Positions 25,516 to 40,956 are shown, numbered from the stretch's first letter. The stretch: 64,000 nucleotides of DNA from Octopus vulgaris (GCA_951406725.2 OX597826.1:58776001-58840000); one strand, 5' to 3'. Numbers and translations: made by a program. Notes: generated by a model from the sequence alone, not told the origin.

Positions 25516-25557
<42 letters not shown>

Positions 25558-26038
25558 CATACATATGTGTCAAGTTTTGTAACTTGCTTATTACATAAGC
25601 ACCAGTATAGGAACAAGAATCAAGAAGCCATAAAGTCATAAACTTCGAATTTCAATCTCGCTGTAGCGGAAGCACAACCAAGTGCACAACGTATGAGAAG
25701 GGATAACATCAAGAGTGATCCTGTAGCGTTTGAATCAATCATGTCTCCCCGTTTATTTTAATCGTAATATTTATAAGGCGAAAACGTACGTGTCCACATA
25801 AAATTCATACATTCCATGTGACTGGCAGTTTAAAATTATTGAAACAAATATATAGCATTCGTTATATATTCATTGGGAGTTTAATGTACAGTATGTTAAT
25901 ACGTATACATATACGAATTTGTTTTGCGAGATTCTTGATGTTAACTCGTGTATTGAAATATATATTGTAATATTACGGGATGCTGTAAGAGTTAAATACG
26001 TAAACGACGAGAGATAGAAAAGTGAAAGAGGGAGAGAA

Positions 26039-26121
<83 letters not shown>

Positions 26122-26401
26122 CTGTGAAGGAAGGAGGGATGAAAAAGGGAATTAGAGATGGATGGAGGAAGAAAACAGTATAGAGTAGAGTCGCATCAAA
26201 TACGTGAAGATAAACTTAAACTTACTTGGAAATGGATGCGTTGCGTTCAGTTAAATAATAAACAATAAATAATATATATATACATGCATATATGGGTACA
26301 GGACATCACCAACGGTGCAAATAACATGAAATACGTAAACAAACGTGTTAAATACGTAATCAACGAGAAAAATGGAAAACAGGACACGTATATATATATG
26401 C

Positions 26402-26450
<49 letters not shown>

Positions 26451-26482
26451 CAGAGGGTGGGAGATAGATACATGTACAGATG

Positions 26483-26542
<60 letters not shown>

Positions 26543-26543
26543 T

Positions 26544-26585
<42 letters not shown>

Positions 26586-26779
26586 GGAGAGATAGATGGA
26601 GAGATAGAAAGGCATCTAGACACACGCATTCACACACATATATATATATACATACAAAACACTTTGATATTCATATATTGCCATAGTCACGAATATATAT
26701 ATATATATGTATATATACATGTAGAGGTAGGTACGTACATATATGTATATATATATATATGCATATGTTTTATTTATTA

Positions 26780-26848
<69 letters not shown>

Positions 26849-27203
26849 GTATGCAATCATACCCAGTGTTTTGGCAGATTATTTTCAAAACAAAGACCTC
26901 TTCACAAAAGCCACATTACAAAAACATCTGTTCTGCTGGTAACAATGCTCGATGATATATTTTAAATGTTAACTTACAATAAAAGCAATTATATTGCATC
27001 ACACAAATGCCTTCCGGCTGTCTATTTTCCAGAGTACACCTTAGATTTTTCTGAGGTATTTAGTTATTTCTCTAGGCGAGGTATTCTCATATAGTCACAT
27101 TTCTATTCTCTTACAAACGTGCACACATGCACTCATATACATATATATATATACGCACAATGTACACAAGTATTTAGAAGCACATTCCATCACATGTAAA
27201 AGG

Positions 27204-27259
<56 letters not shown>

Positions 27260-27289
27260 ATATATATATTTATAGACAGGGGCGCCGGC

Positions 27290-27990
<701 letters not shown>

Positions 27991-28009
27991 GATAAATATA
28001 TATATACAC

Positions 28010-28340
28010 ACATGGCTCAGTGGTTAGAGCATTGGGATCACAATCATGAGGTTGTGAGTTCCATTCCTGGACTGGGCTATGTGTTGTGTTCTTGAGCAAG
28101 ACACTTTGTTTCACGTTGCTCCAGTTCACTCAGCTGTAGAAATGAGTTGCAATATCCCTGGTGCCAAGCTGCATCGGCGTTTGCTTTTCCCTTGATAACA
28201 TCAGTGGTGTGGAGATGAGGAGTCTGGTAAGCATGGGTTACTGCTGGTCTTCCATAAACAACTTTGTCCAAACTTTTGCCTTGGAGGGGAACTTTCTAGG
28301 TGCAATCTCATGGCCATTCGTGACCGAAGGAGGGGCTCTA
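28010..28340 (+). mobile_element. tRNA-derived SINE family D
   Basis: tggctcagtggttagagc (A box) ... gagttccattcc (B box), then ttgtgttcttgagcaagacacttt...gttgctccagt core; a similar core fragment lies at ~33400-33470. Confidence 0.7.
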
Positions 28341-28355
28341 TATCTACTTTTAATA

Positions 28356-28528
28356 GGCGTAGGAGTGGTTGTGTGGTAAATAGCTAGCTTACCAACCACA
28401 CGGTTCCGGGTTCAGTCCCTCTGCATGGCACCTTGGGTAAGTGTCTTCTACTATAGCATCGGACCGACCAAAGCTTTGTGAGTGGATTTGCTAGACGGAA
28501 ACAGAAAGAAGCCTGTCGTACATATATG

Positions 28529-28578
<50 letters not shown>

Positions 28579-28784
28579 TGTTTCTGTGTTTGTTCCCCCA
28601 ACATCACTTGACAACCGATGCTGATGTGTTTACGTCCCCGTAACTTAGGGTTCGGCAACAGAGACCGATAGAATAAGTACTAGGCTTACAAAGAATAATT
28701 CCTGGGGTCGATTTGCTCGACTACAGGCAGTGCACCAGCATTGCCACAGTCAAATCACTAAAACAAGTAAAAGAGTAAAAGAGA
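28356..28784 (+). mobile_element. SINE family A, full length
   Basis: Head ggcgtaggagtggttgtgtggtaa, internal (TA)n(TG)n, tail aacaagtaaaagagtaaaagag. Confidence 0.9.
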
Positions 28785-29206
28785 ATATACATACACATAT
28801 GTAGAATGCACAGACTTATGTGTACGTGTTTATGTGTGTGTGTGCATAAATTTCTATCTATCTATCTATTTGTCTGTCTGTATGTATGTATGTATGTATG
28901 TATGTATGTATGTGAATAGATATATGTGTAAATGTCGATATAAAGACTCACGTAGACAAACACGTTCTTATATGACACGGACGCATGCGCTCCTTCACAC
29001 GCACACACTCATACACACACACACACACACACACACTCTCTCTCTCTCTCTCTCTCGTATGAATTACCTTGTTTGTCGTTTGCACACAGTGCTTAATCAT
29101 ATATTTCCCATAGGCGAATTTAATCTCTACGCACTACTAATATTTCTGTTATGTATCGAAACTTATCATATTAAATCAGTAGACACAGACAATTATTATT
29201 ACTCAT

Positions 29207-29270
<64 letters not shown>

Positions 29271-30629
29271 AAACTGCTTCACTAATTTTGTTCATACCTA
29301 GTAGATTTGTTCACACCCTACTTGTTGCTGCGTTTCGCGACAAAATGTGTGATTTCATTTATATCAACAGCGGCTGACGTTGTGAGCGTTCAACAAAATA
29401 TCCAGATATACAACGAATTGTTTGTGCTAGATATTCAAAATGTCTTGTGTTTGTGTGTATGTGTATATCAGAGTGTTTTGCATTCGATGTTCCTTCTTTA
29501 GAATTCTTTATATTCACATTAGCGTAAAAGTCGCATCAAATCCTAATGAATTATTGTGCACACTTAGTAATGGAATATGCAATATAAACTGACTAAATTC
29601 CGTTTTGCGAGATGACATGGAGAATACACACTGTATATGCAAGTATATGTATGTGTCTGCATGTGTCTATGCACATACACACACATGAATATACATATAT
29701 AAACAAATTTACATATATGTATATGGGAGTGTGAATATGATTCTGTAGATGCATATTTATACAGATGCTTGTATGTAAAAATGAAAAGTTGTTTTCAGTA
29801 ACAGAATCTCAAAGTAAAGAACTGGGATTTTGATGTTTTGTCATCACTCTTTAGTGTATTAAATACTTTTTCTCATTAGTATAAACAGGGGCGTTTGGAT
29901 ACATACATACATATATACATACATACATACATACATAGTGCGTATGCATGCATGCATGTATGTCTGTATATGTGCGTATTTATATTTAACAACAGTTTAG
30001 CTTAGCTTCACGTAACGTTAAGAGTCGGGGACGTAGGCCTTGTCAACTTCTGTCTCCAATAATTCTGACGAGTTAGACGTAACCTACCTACTCTCACGAA
30101 ACTTTAAGTGGTGCGGAGCTAAGTCAATCTGTTATCAAATGATGCAGCACAAGCAAAAATATTAATAATCGTATTGTGATAGCATTTTCTTACTGTTCAG
30201 CAAGTTTTCATTCGGTGTTAAAAAATAATTTTTCAACAAAAAGAAAAAGAAAAAAAAAATCGTATCAACTCTTTCATTCAACACTCTTATATTCGTGCGT
30301 CAGTGAATTTTAGAAACTGAGAGGCATTCTCGAACGATTTGTATTGGCAAACAGTTGAATCACGAACTATTCTGAACCATTACATCTCGATGTATCACCG
30401 TGTATTTTTTCTTATATATTGTCACGCTGTAACTCTTCACCAATCAGTTAAATACACAGAAATTCGCAATTGACGATTATGATGCACGAAAATTCAGCTT
30501 CAATTAAAGCGTACACACTATAGTATTTTCCTTCGATTGTAAAAACAAACTCACATAAAATCAAGCTCACACCAGCACACTTTCACATACACCCATAAAA
30601 ATACATATATAATGTGTGTTTGTCTAAAC

Positions 30630-31289
30630 CAGTTTTTCACACCCGGGGTCCATATGGCCTTTGAGGTCGACATAAGATTTTGTTATTAAAACGTATCTGC
30701 GATAATTTGTTTATACTTCTACAACACACAAAATGTTTTAACATTTTTTTTACACAATTCCTAATAATATCTCTATATATAAAACTGAAGTTGTCTGTGT
30801 ATGGCATGTTTGGCAGCCTTCAACTAACACTATCTCCTCCGAGACCCTGCGGCGCAAGTTGAGAAAAACTGAGAGTATGATAGAAGAAGGCTTGCTATTT
30901 CTTCCGTAGAAGAAAAAATTCAAATCGGACCATGTTAACACCAAAAATTATTTACATCAAAAAGGTGCTTTTTTCTATGAAAATCCCTATTTTTTACGAT
31001 TTTTTGACAGCTGTGTCGCCATTTCCGGTGTATTTCAAGCAGAAAAATGTTCACTTAAAGAGAATAACAAGCTACATAATGCAAAATTTTTACTTTTCAA
31101 AAATTCCAATTCTAAAGGGTTGAAACAAACCCTAGCAACGCCGGGCGATACTGCTAGTGTAATTATAAAATATAATACGAATTTTAAAACATCGAATGTC
31201 TTGGGGTAGGGGGCTTCCATCCGAGTAAAATAGCAATCGAATGGGTCCTTAGGTAAAAAAAAAAACAAAAACATGGTTAAGAAACACTG
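30630..31289. mobile_element. hAT (Charlie/Buster-like) MITE with 8-bp TSD
   Basis: gtctaaac-cagtttttcacacc ... ggttaagaaacactg-gtctaaac; the TSD has a central TA. Confidence 0.85.
30770..31157 (+). mobile_element. Non-autonomous Helitron nested in the hAT MITE
   Basis: 5' TC(tctatatataaaa); 3' GC-rich imperfect hairpin ccctagcaacgccggg followed by CTAG; inserted between A and T with no TSD. Confidence 0.8.
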
Positions 31290-31999
31290 GTCTAAACGAA
31301 TAATTTGAATTTCTGTTAACCAGGCTATTGTTGAGTCTATGGTATTCCCTTGCAATGCGTCTGATTAACACTGAAAAGTAATCTGTTACATAGTCTATTT
31401 TAAGGGAGAATTACGAAAGGGATGAATGTTAGCAATGCCGAGTGCCGAACAGAATGAGTTAAAGTATGAGTAAATGATTCATGTACGATGGGATTTTGTA
31501 CTGTATTCTAATTTATAGCATAAGAGGCAGAATGTAAACTACTGAGCGGCTTCTGAAGCGTCCATTTTTATACATGGATTTATAAATCACATTTTAAACA
31601 CTTCAAGCACAACTGGCCATATAATGGAGGAACTGCTGTGCATCGCAATTTTCTAAACTTTGTATTGTCAATTCTTTTATAATATATATTAAAATATCAT
31701 ATATTACATCGCTGTTGAAACGCTTGACATCTCTCGATTGCAGTAGTTTCTGCATAATATACCCCTGGGTTTCTTGTTATGAGGTCTAACTGCAATTGAA
31801 GAAAACCAAGAAAGGAAATTAACTCTGGCCATTACCTGGAATGTGACAAAAATGAGTTAGAAAAGTCAGATTTCTGCAATACGATAGTGTCCATAATAGT
31901 AATTTGTAAACACAGGATCAAGTAGTCACATTGGTAAGACAGGAGTACCGAAGCTTCGAATGTCTCCCAGTGTATCACTGGTATTTATCGATTCCAGCG

Positions 32000-32210
32000 A
32001 ATTGGCAGAATTCGTTACCGCGTCGGAAAAATGCATGTCGATATTTCTTCAGGTCCTTTAGTTTTTCGAATTGAAATGCCGCCACGGTTGATTTCACCTC
32101 TCAATCATTCCTGAGTCAATAAAATAAATACCAGCTGCGCACTGGGGTCGATGTGCTCGACTATCCCCCTCATCTTAAAACTGCTTGTTTGTGTCATAAC
32201 TTGAAAGAAA
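32000..32210 (+). mobile_element. SINE family B, highly diverged
   Basis: ttggcagaattcgtta...gtcaataaaataaataccag...cactggggtcgatgt. Confidence 0.55.
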
Positions 32211-32315
32211 AATATTATTGATTCCAGCCAGATTAAAAGTAAAGTTGCACTTGAAGAATATAATGTGTCTTGAATGGCACAACAATGCACAATAATAACT
32301 GTTATAATTTAATCG

Positions 32316-32493
32316 CTATGTGGTAAGTAGCTTGCTCACCAACCACATGGTTCTGGGTTCAGTCCCACTGTGTGGCACCTTGGGCAAGTGTCTTCTACTA
32401 TAGCCTCGGGCCGACCAAATCTTTGTGAGTGGATTTGGTAGACGGAAACTGAAAGAAGCCTATCGTATATATGTATGTATATATATATGTGTG

Positions 32494-32537
<44 letters not shown>

Positions 32538-32769
32538 TGTGTATGTGTGTGTGTGTATGTTTGTGTGTCTGTGTTTGTCCGCCAACATCGCTAGACAACC
32601 GATGCTGGTGTGTTTACGTCCCCGTAACTTAGCGGTTCGGCAAAAGAAACCGATAGAATAAGTACTAGGCTTACAAAGAATAAGTTCTGGGGTCGATGTG
32701 CTCGACTGAAAGCGGTGCTCCGGCATGGCCACAGTCAAATGACTGAAACAAGTAAAAGAGTAAAAGAGT
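32316..32769 (+). mobile_element. SINE family A
   Basis: Matches the family A consensus along its length. Confidence 0.9.
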
Positions 32770-32773
32770 CTGA

Positions 32774-33159
32774 TATAATATTTCGGAATACAAAAATTTC
32801 TTTCTTCAGATATCCCTACGAATTGATGGAGTTACTGCTATAATCGGCTTTTCTACGTTTTTTGTCCCCCGGATGCGTCTCTGCAGGGGTTTCAAGACAC
32901 ATTACAAACAATACAAAATGCTTCAGGCCGAGTTCGGAGTTAATCAAGCTATCAGAGAAACGTGCTAAAATCGGATGCCAAATAAAAATGGCCGCCCTCA
33001 CGCTCTTCTCATGAGGAATTCAGGAAGGAGCGTCGTGAGACCACTGCAGAGAGCTTCCGAAAAAAAAAAAAAAAAACGTTGGAAAACCGATTATAGCAGT
33101 GACTCGATCAATTCCTAGGGATATCTGAAGAAGAAATTTTTGTATTCCGAAATATTATA
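32774..33159. mobile_element. Unclassified MITE with ~120-bp TIRs
   Basis: tataatatttcggaatacaaaaatttc...ctgcag versus ctgcag...gaaatttttgtattccgaaatattata. Confidence 0.75.
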
Positions 33160-33931
33160 CCAACTATATATGATTAAATTATATCATTTATTATAACATT
33201 TATTATAGTCCATAGTTGTTATTATAGTGCATAGTTGTGCCATATCAGACACATTATATTTTGCAAACAATACACAAAGCTTCAAGTGAACTACAATACT
33301 CTCCTGCATATTATGTTTCGAAAAGTCTTCAACGTAAATGTCTGATTTTGTAATATCGATGTCACAACGAGTGAAATTTAATAAGATGAACAGATGGCGC
33401 TTGTATTCTTGAGCAAGATACTTCACTTATGTTGCTCCAGTCTAAGTCTACTCTGCCGAAAATGAGTACCGGTCTAATGCTGATGGAAACTTCTCTTCCT
33501 CTAGCCATCACACTATTAGTCTTCATCTGAGTAAAGGTGGCTAGTGCTTACTTGCGACTACAAAAGCCCTTGAAATAATTAGCAAAAGCATCGTACATGT
33601 TAGTATATGATACTGGCTTGCAAGTGATGGGTGTGATTGATCTCAAGAACATGAATGCTAAGAACTTACAATACTCGTTCCCAACATAGCGAGTGGATAG
33701 TTATGAGCTGACTAGACTGTTATATGAATTCTCTTCTAAAGATACAGAACTAACTTCGCTGTAATGTTCAAACATAGGTTTACATTGTATATGATCAGAC
33801 AATAGCAGATTCTCTCATTCTTCAGCTTAAATACTGGATTATGTGACGGATTTCCTTGCTAGAAATAATTACCATATATATCTCCGTCTACATCACTACT
33901 GAATGCCTTAAGTAAGAAAAGGACATATATA

Positions 33932-34093
33932 GGCGCAGGAGTGGCTGTGTGGTAAGTAGCTTGCTAACCAACCACATGGTTCCGGGTTCAGTCCCACTGC
34001 GTGGCATCTTGGGCAAGTGTCTTCTGCTATAGCCCCGGGCCGACCAATGGCTTGTGAGTGGATTTGATAGACGGAAACTGAAAGATGCATGTC

Positions 34094-34147
<54 letters not shown>

Positions 34148-34377
34148 TGTGTGTATATGTTTGTGTGTCTGTGTTTGTCCCCCCTAGTATTGCTTGACAA
34201 CCGTTGCTGGTGCGTTTACGTCTCCGTCACATAGCGGTTCGGCAAAAGAGACCGATAGAATAAGTACTGGGCTTACAAAGAATAAGTCCCGGGGTCGATT
34301 TGCTCGACTAAAGGCGGTGCTCCAGCATGGCCGCAGTCAAATGACTGAAACAAGTAAAAGAGTAAAAGAGTAAAGAG
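33932..34377 (+). mobile_element. SINE family A, full length, low divergence
   Basis: ggcgcaggagtggctgtgtggtaagtagc...ggttcagtcccactgcgtggc...; tail (gtaaaaga)n. Confidence 0.92.
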
Positions 34378-35202
34378 TATTTGATACTGTAACCCAATAA
34401 GCAGATTTTTTTTCTTTTTAAATTAGTGAATGGATAACTCGATACTGAATGAAATAAATTTGAGTGAATGAAACAGGATAGTGAATGAAACAGGATGGTG
34501 AATGAAACAGGATGACCGAATAAAAGAAGACCAAAAGCCTTAATTGCTCAGATATATTAATTTCCATAATTAACGATGTCATTAACATTAAAATGGTTAA
34601 TTCGTTCTTATGGCTTTTAGTGGCAGTGGAACCGGTAATTTGATATGATTTTCTCTCTACCAATTTTTTTTATTATTAATTACAAACTAGCAGGATATTT
34701 CCCAAATTTAGTGTAGTATACCCTTTTAGGGAACATCAAGCAAGTTACCGGAATCATAAATTTATAAATGGCAGCCCTTGAAGAATTGCTGTAGGCAACT
34801 GTTGAAGTGTAAATTTTACTTCACGTTGCCAATTTGGTTGTTTTCCTGATGGAACTAGAATTCTATAAATATTTATATTTTTAGTTAACGTCAATCCACA
34901 AGTACGTATTTGCATCAGGCAATAAGAATTCTAACTATTTTAAAGTAATTTGAGCCCCGTTCTTTGGTAATGTAAAGTCAGACTGTGCCATTTTCTTGCA
35001 GTCATAAATAGCGGGGTTTTTTTTCTTTCCTTCTAGAAAATTTTGCCTTTTACGAGTTTGATTTGGTAATTCTCGTTACAACACGATTGGTGCAGACACA
35101 GCCTCGGAAGTGTAGGAACAGCCTGCGGGTAACTCTGTTGAAAAAATTTAGGCCAAGCATATCCGGTGTATCGACGATAGTTAGGACTAACATATATTAT
35201 TG

Positions 35203-35239
<37 letters not shown>

Positions 35240-35243
<4 letters not shown>

Positions 35244-35408
35244 GGAATTGTTGAAAAGTTTCTGAGTTCTTTTACAACGCTTCGGACCGCTGCAAGGACC
35301 GCTGCAATAGGTGTGTGAATCTGAGAAGGGAAAATGTTGAATAAAATCATAACTGATAATCCTGTATTTTCTTTTATCCAAAGTCAAGAACTTTCCAGCA
35401 CACACTCA
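35240..35408 (+). mobile_element. Mini mariner deletion derivative
   Basis: RCNRCVNLRRENVE* resembles the mariner C-terminus (W.KC....G.YVE). Imperfect TIRs ttgttgaaaagtt.ctg / caagaactttccagca. Confidence 0.5.
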
Positions 35409-35422
35409 TATATGTATGCATG

Positions 35423-35470
<48 letters not shown>

Positions 35471-36025
35471 TGGTGTGTGTATGGACGGACGGGTGGATGG
35501 AAAACCTCAAGAATTGTATATTGTATATTTAAAAAATTTCTTCAAAATTTTCGTTTTCATTAGAGACTGGATACTTACTGCACTGATTAGGATAAATTAT
35601 TTGCAGGAATTACTACAAGATGGCTTTAAATATAAAAGCAATTATTCTATTTAACTAAATTTCGACTGTCGTCATGGTTATGGGAAGATATGTTTCCAAG
35701 TTACATTATTTCAATCATCGTCACATGGAGGAATCCTTAAACGATCCCTGAAAATAAGCTGAATGTATGCTTAAGTAAGCAGGTCAAAATGGAAGAAAAT
35801 GAATTCATTTTTATATTTTGTCAGATTGAATAGTGTTCAAGTTATCATTCCCTGATAAGGGAGGTAACAACTGTGACCTTGAATCAACTGGGGCCCATAT
35901 AGCCGTTGTTGGGGTGGTGGGGGCCATATAATATTTTGTTGTTAAACTTTATGTGCAATAAACTACTTATACAATGCACAAAGTATTTTTTTTTATAATT
36001 CCAAATAATAGAAAACAAATACAAT

Positions 36026-36440
36026 ACTCTTTTACTCTTTTATTTATTTCAGTCATTTGACTGTGGCCATAATGGAGCACCACCTTTAGACGAACAAATC
36101 GACCCCAGGATTCATTCTTTGTAAGCCCGATACTTATTTTATCGGTCCGTTTTTCTGAACTGCTAAGTTACGGGGATGTAAATACACCAGCATCGGTTGT
36201 CAAGCGATGCTCGGGAAACAAACACAGATACACAAAACACACACACACTCACACATACACAAACACACACATATATACGACGGGCTTCTTTCATTTTCCC
36301 TCTTCCAAATCAACTCACAAGGCTTTGGTCGGCCCGAAGCAATAGCAGAAGTCATTTGCCCAAGGTGCCACGCAGTGGGACTGAACCCAGAACCATGTGG
36401 TTGGTAAACAAGCTACTTACTATACAGCCACGCCTGCGAC
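36026..36440 (-). mobile_element. SINE family A
   Basis: Reverse complement of the family A consensus. Confidence 0.88.
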
Positions 36441-36598
36441 ATTGAATGGCTATGGGGGTCTGTTGATTAATACAGGAATCAAAAGTGCTCAGGTGAGACG
36501 TTAAGGAGACAAACGATATGCAAATAAACACGATTATGCTTGATATACACAAATACACATATAAATACGCTTATATATATATATATAGAGAGAGAGAA

Positions 36599-36666
<68 letters not shown>

Positions 36667-37370
36667 ATGCATGCATCTATATAATAAATGTGATGGGGTA
36701 AAAGTAATAGTAGGAATTATGACGGAGAGGGCGGTGGCGAAGACAGACAGACAGAGAGAGGGAGGAGAGAAAGAGAGACAAATAAATTTAGGGAGAGTTG
36801 CTGTTGTTTTATGAAAAGTAGTAGTGTTGATGGTGGTAGTGGGAGTAATAATAAAAGAGAAAGAAAGATTGGGTATTCGAGAGAAAGAGGGAGATGATGT
36901 ACAACTCTGTTTTACTATGTCTGTTTCACAGAAATCCTATCGCCAACATACTGAACCCTATCACTTTTGTTATATTCTTTGCTTTCTTCAACACACACAC
37001 ACACACACATACATAAAATACACTTTAATTGAAATAAAGTTTCCCCAAAATTTTACATATCTAATATAATAAATGTCACACTTTTTCAACTTTAATAATT
37101 TTTTTCTACTGGAAACACAAGGCCTAAAATTTTGGAGGAAGGGATTAAATCGATTACATTGACAACAGTACGTAACTGGTACTAATTTTATCGACCTCGT
37201 GAGATTTTGTGACAAATTTTTTTGTATAATAATAATTTTTGTAACCTAAAGGTTAACTCCGCGAGTAAATTAAAAACAGTCTGGTCCGAATCCGGACCTG
37301 CAATCCTGAAATTTTGGATTCCTTTGCTTTCAATACTTCGATTGTTTTTGGTGATTTTCCTACTCCCTTA

Positions 37371-37586
37371 CTCTCTACTCTTTTACTTGTTTCAGTCATT
37401 TGACTGCGGCTATGCTGGAGCACCGCCTTTAGTCGAGCAAATCGACCCCAGGACTTATTCTTTGTAAGCCCAGTACTTATTCTATCGGTCTCTTTTGCCG
37501 AACCGCTAAGTGACGGGGACGTAAACACACCAGCATCGGTTGTCAAGCAATGCTAGGGGGGGACAAACACAGACACACAAACATAT

Positions 37587-37627
<41 letters not shown>

Positions 37628-37797
37628 TACGACAGGCTTCTTTCAGTTTCCGTCTACCAAATCCACTCACAAGGCATTGGTCGGCTTGGGGCTATAGCAG
37701 AAGACACTTGTGCACCTAAGGTGCCACGCAGTGGGACTGAACCCGGAACCATGTGGTTGGTTAGCAAGCTACTTACCACACAGCCACTCCTGCGCCT
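37371..37797 (-). mobile_element. SINE family A, full length
   Basis: Reverse complement of the consensus, ending ...acagccactcctgcgcc. Confidence 0.92.
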
Positions 37798-37931
37798 ACA
37801 AGTACTTTTTTTTTTTTGCGATGAAGATGATCATCATTAAGATACGATTCTGGACGAAGAAATTCTCCCAAAAAGTGAGAGATCTATTTGCAGATCTTTA
37901 CCTTTCAGGGTCATTTGCTTAAAAGCTAATA

Positions 37932-38498
37932 CACTTGCGTCGGAAATTAATTAGCACTTCTCAAATTTCTACATTTTCTTACATTTTCTTAATTTAATTA
38001 ACTTATTATCAGAAACGAACTCGTTTTTAATCAAAAATTTATTAAAACATATCCCAGCACACCACATAATTGTTATTAATCGTGAAATTTAGTCAATATC
38101 TTGTTGCACCTCCTTTGGCAGCAATGACAGCTGCTACGCGGGTCGGCATGCTGTCTATGAGTGCCTGCAGGTACTGTGCAGGGATGGCCCCTCATGCAGC
38201 AAGAAGTGTCCCAAACAGCTCGTGTCGGTTCCTGTATTGCTGCACATTCAAATCCCTACCCAATCGACTCCAGAGGTTCTCAATAGGGTTCAGGTCAGGT
38301 GACTGGCCAGCACGTACTCCTCGCCACCAAAGAGGTATCCCGTACTATCTCAACGTTCTTTGCTGCGTTGATGTTGCCTTCGACGGCATAGAGCCGCCTA
38401 ACAGCACTGTAGCTGAACGCCCCTCACACCATCAGACCACCCCCACCATGCTTCATGGTGAGCAAATCAAGGGTGCTAATTAATTTCTGACGGTAGTG
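37932..38498 (-). mobile_element. Internally deleted Tc1 element
   Basis: TA-cacttgcgtcggaaattaattagcac / gtgctaattaatttctgacggtagtg-TA TIRs. Minus-strand TMKHGGGGLMV and QSPDLNPIENLW...LIDSMPTRVAAVIAAKGGATRY*. The listed + ORF 38070-38483 is its antisense. Confidence 0.9.
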
Positions 38499-39519
38499 TA
38501 TATATATACACACACACACAGAGTGAGAGACATAGAGAGAGAGAGAGAGAGAAACAAAAAGAGAGAGAGGAGGAGAGAGAAGGAGCTATGTATCGATGCA
38601 CATATATTCAGAAGATAAACACATATATACAAGCATATAGCTATTAATAAATATTGACAAATTTTCATTTACATGAAGCATAAAAGTACAATATACTATA
38701 GAGAAAGTGCGTAGTTTGTTTTCTAACTCGCCAGCTGCTTCTGGGAGCTCGGAGTTACGTAACGGTTTTCACGTTAATAATTAGCAGCCGGAACGTGCAA
38801 ATCATAAAGTATACGCAACTACTAAATGGTGATATAAAGACATTTTTGCCGATTTCTTCTCCTGATGAAGGTAGCCAGTATTATCGTAATGTGGCTTCAG
38901 TAACTTTCACCGACATAATTTTGGATGTTGAGATATATAATTTCACCCAGTATCGCAGATACGGGGTTTAGGGTTTGGTCTGCCCTGTGCGACGATTTCA
39001 CAAGGGTGGCACGTTTTAGGTTTGCAATATAAGTCTTCATAGGCTGGTGGGGGCATCAAAGTGACAGACTGCCCCGGACTGTATATACTCTACCAATAAT
39101 TAACGACGCTATTCTCTACAAATACATGAAATAAATATTTAAAAACCTACTGTTTCTGAGTGTGTGTGTGTGTATTAATTAATACCTGTACATATGTATA
39201 AGCGTGTCTATGTGTGCTTGTGAGTGTATTACTGTGTGTATCAAAATGTGAGCGTGCATGTATATGTGTGTGAATGAGTGTCTGTGTAAATATGTATGTA
39301 CCCTTCACTCTTATGTTTGTTTACGTATCATAAGTTCTCTATTGTAAACATATAAAACTTCTCAATCAATGCATGTTTTTATCAGTTTATCAAGTTACGT
39401 GAACCGCTATTTTCATTCATGTACACATACGAACTCATACAAGCATATATACATACATACATACATACATACATACATGCATACATACATATGAATGTTC
39501 GCATGTAGGTCTGTATGCT

Positions 39520-39592
<73 letters not shown>

Positions 39593-39731
39593 ATATGTAT
39601 ATATGTATATATCTATATCTATCTATATATGTATATATATATATATATACACAGATATACATATATATAGATAGATAGATAGATATATTTATCTATCTAT
39701 ATATATATATTTATATGTATATATATATATA

Positions 39732-39779
<48 letters not shown>

Positions 39780-40269
39780 GCATGCACATATAAGTATACC
39801 CATATATAAATATATTCTGTTCTATCTTAATCTTTATTCTTTATGTATCTATAGGTATGCGTATGATTATATATATATATATATATATACATACACGTAT
39901 ATATTCATGAGTTTCTATATGTAAATATACACATACACGCATACACACACGCCCACGCACATACATTTATATGCATATGCGTGTATGTTTTTTTTTTTAT
40001 ATATATATATCATGTTCTCAGTCAGACATATGTATATATTGAGGTGTATATCAAGTCAGTCACGAAAAGATACATTTAATGACAAATGTATTTTAATCTT
40101 GGGACAAAATCTTCAAACGCGATATCAACCATTTTATTTCAGAACATGAAAGCTTAGAATTTGATGCCGATTAAAGTGCGTGTGCCAATGTGTCAGTGTT
40201 TGTATATTTGTGCGAGTGCGTGAGTATATGTGTGTAGTGTATGCGCGTGTTTCTGTGTTGGTGTGTGTA

Positions 40270-40526
40270 TAAGTATGTATGTATGTACGTATGTATGCAT
40301 GTATGTATGTTTGTATTTATGTTTTTATGTATGTATGTATGTATGTTTGTATGTATGTATGTATGTATGTATGTATGTATGTATGTATGTATGTATGTAT
40401 GTATGTATGTATGTATGTATGTATGTATGTATGCATGTATGTATATATGAATGTACATACGTACGTATGTATGTATGTATGTATGTATGTATGTATGTAT
40501 GTATGTATGTATGTATGTATGTATGA

Positions 40527-40561
<35 letters not shown>

Positions 40562-40735
40562 TGTATGTATGTATGTATGTATGTATGTATGTATGTATGT
40601 ATGTATGTATGTATGTATGTATGTATGTATGTATGTATGTATGTATGTATGTATGTATGTAGGTATGTATGTATGTATGTAGGTAGGTAGGTATGTATGT
40701 ATGTAACTATGTATGTATGTATGTATGTATGTATG

Positions 40736-40766
<31 letters not shown>

Positions 40767-40916
40767 TGTATGTATGTATGTATGTACGTTTGTATGTATG
40801 TATGTATGTATGTATGTATGTATGTATGTATGTATGCATGTATGTATGTATGTATGTATGTATGTATGTATGTATGTATGTATGCATGTATGTATGCATG
40901 TATGTATGTATGTATG

Positions 40917-40950
<34 letters not shown>

Positions 40951-40956
40951 TGTATG

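Noticed and set aside
34463-34515. Short local tandem duplications (17-bp x3 here; also 16903/17107 and 56892-56945)
   Set aside because: Ordinary slippage duplications with no further structure.
38070-38483. 137-aa plus-strand ORF (and its duplicate at 42224-42766)
   Set aside because: It is the antisense of a Tc1 transposase remnant.
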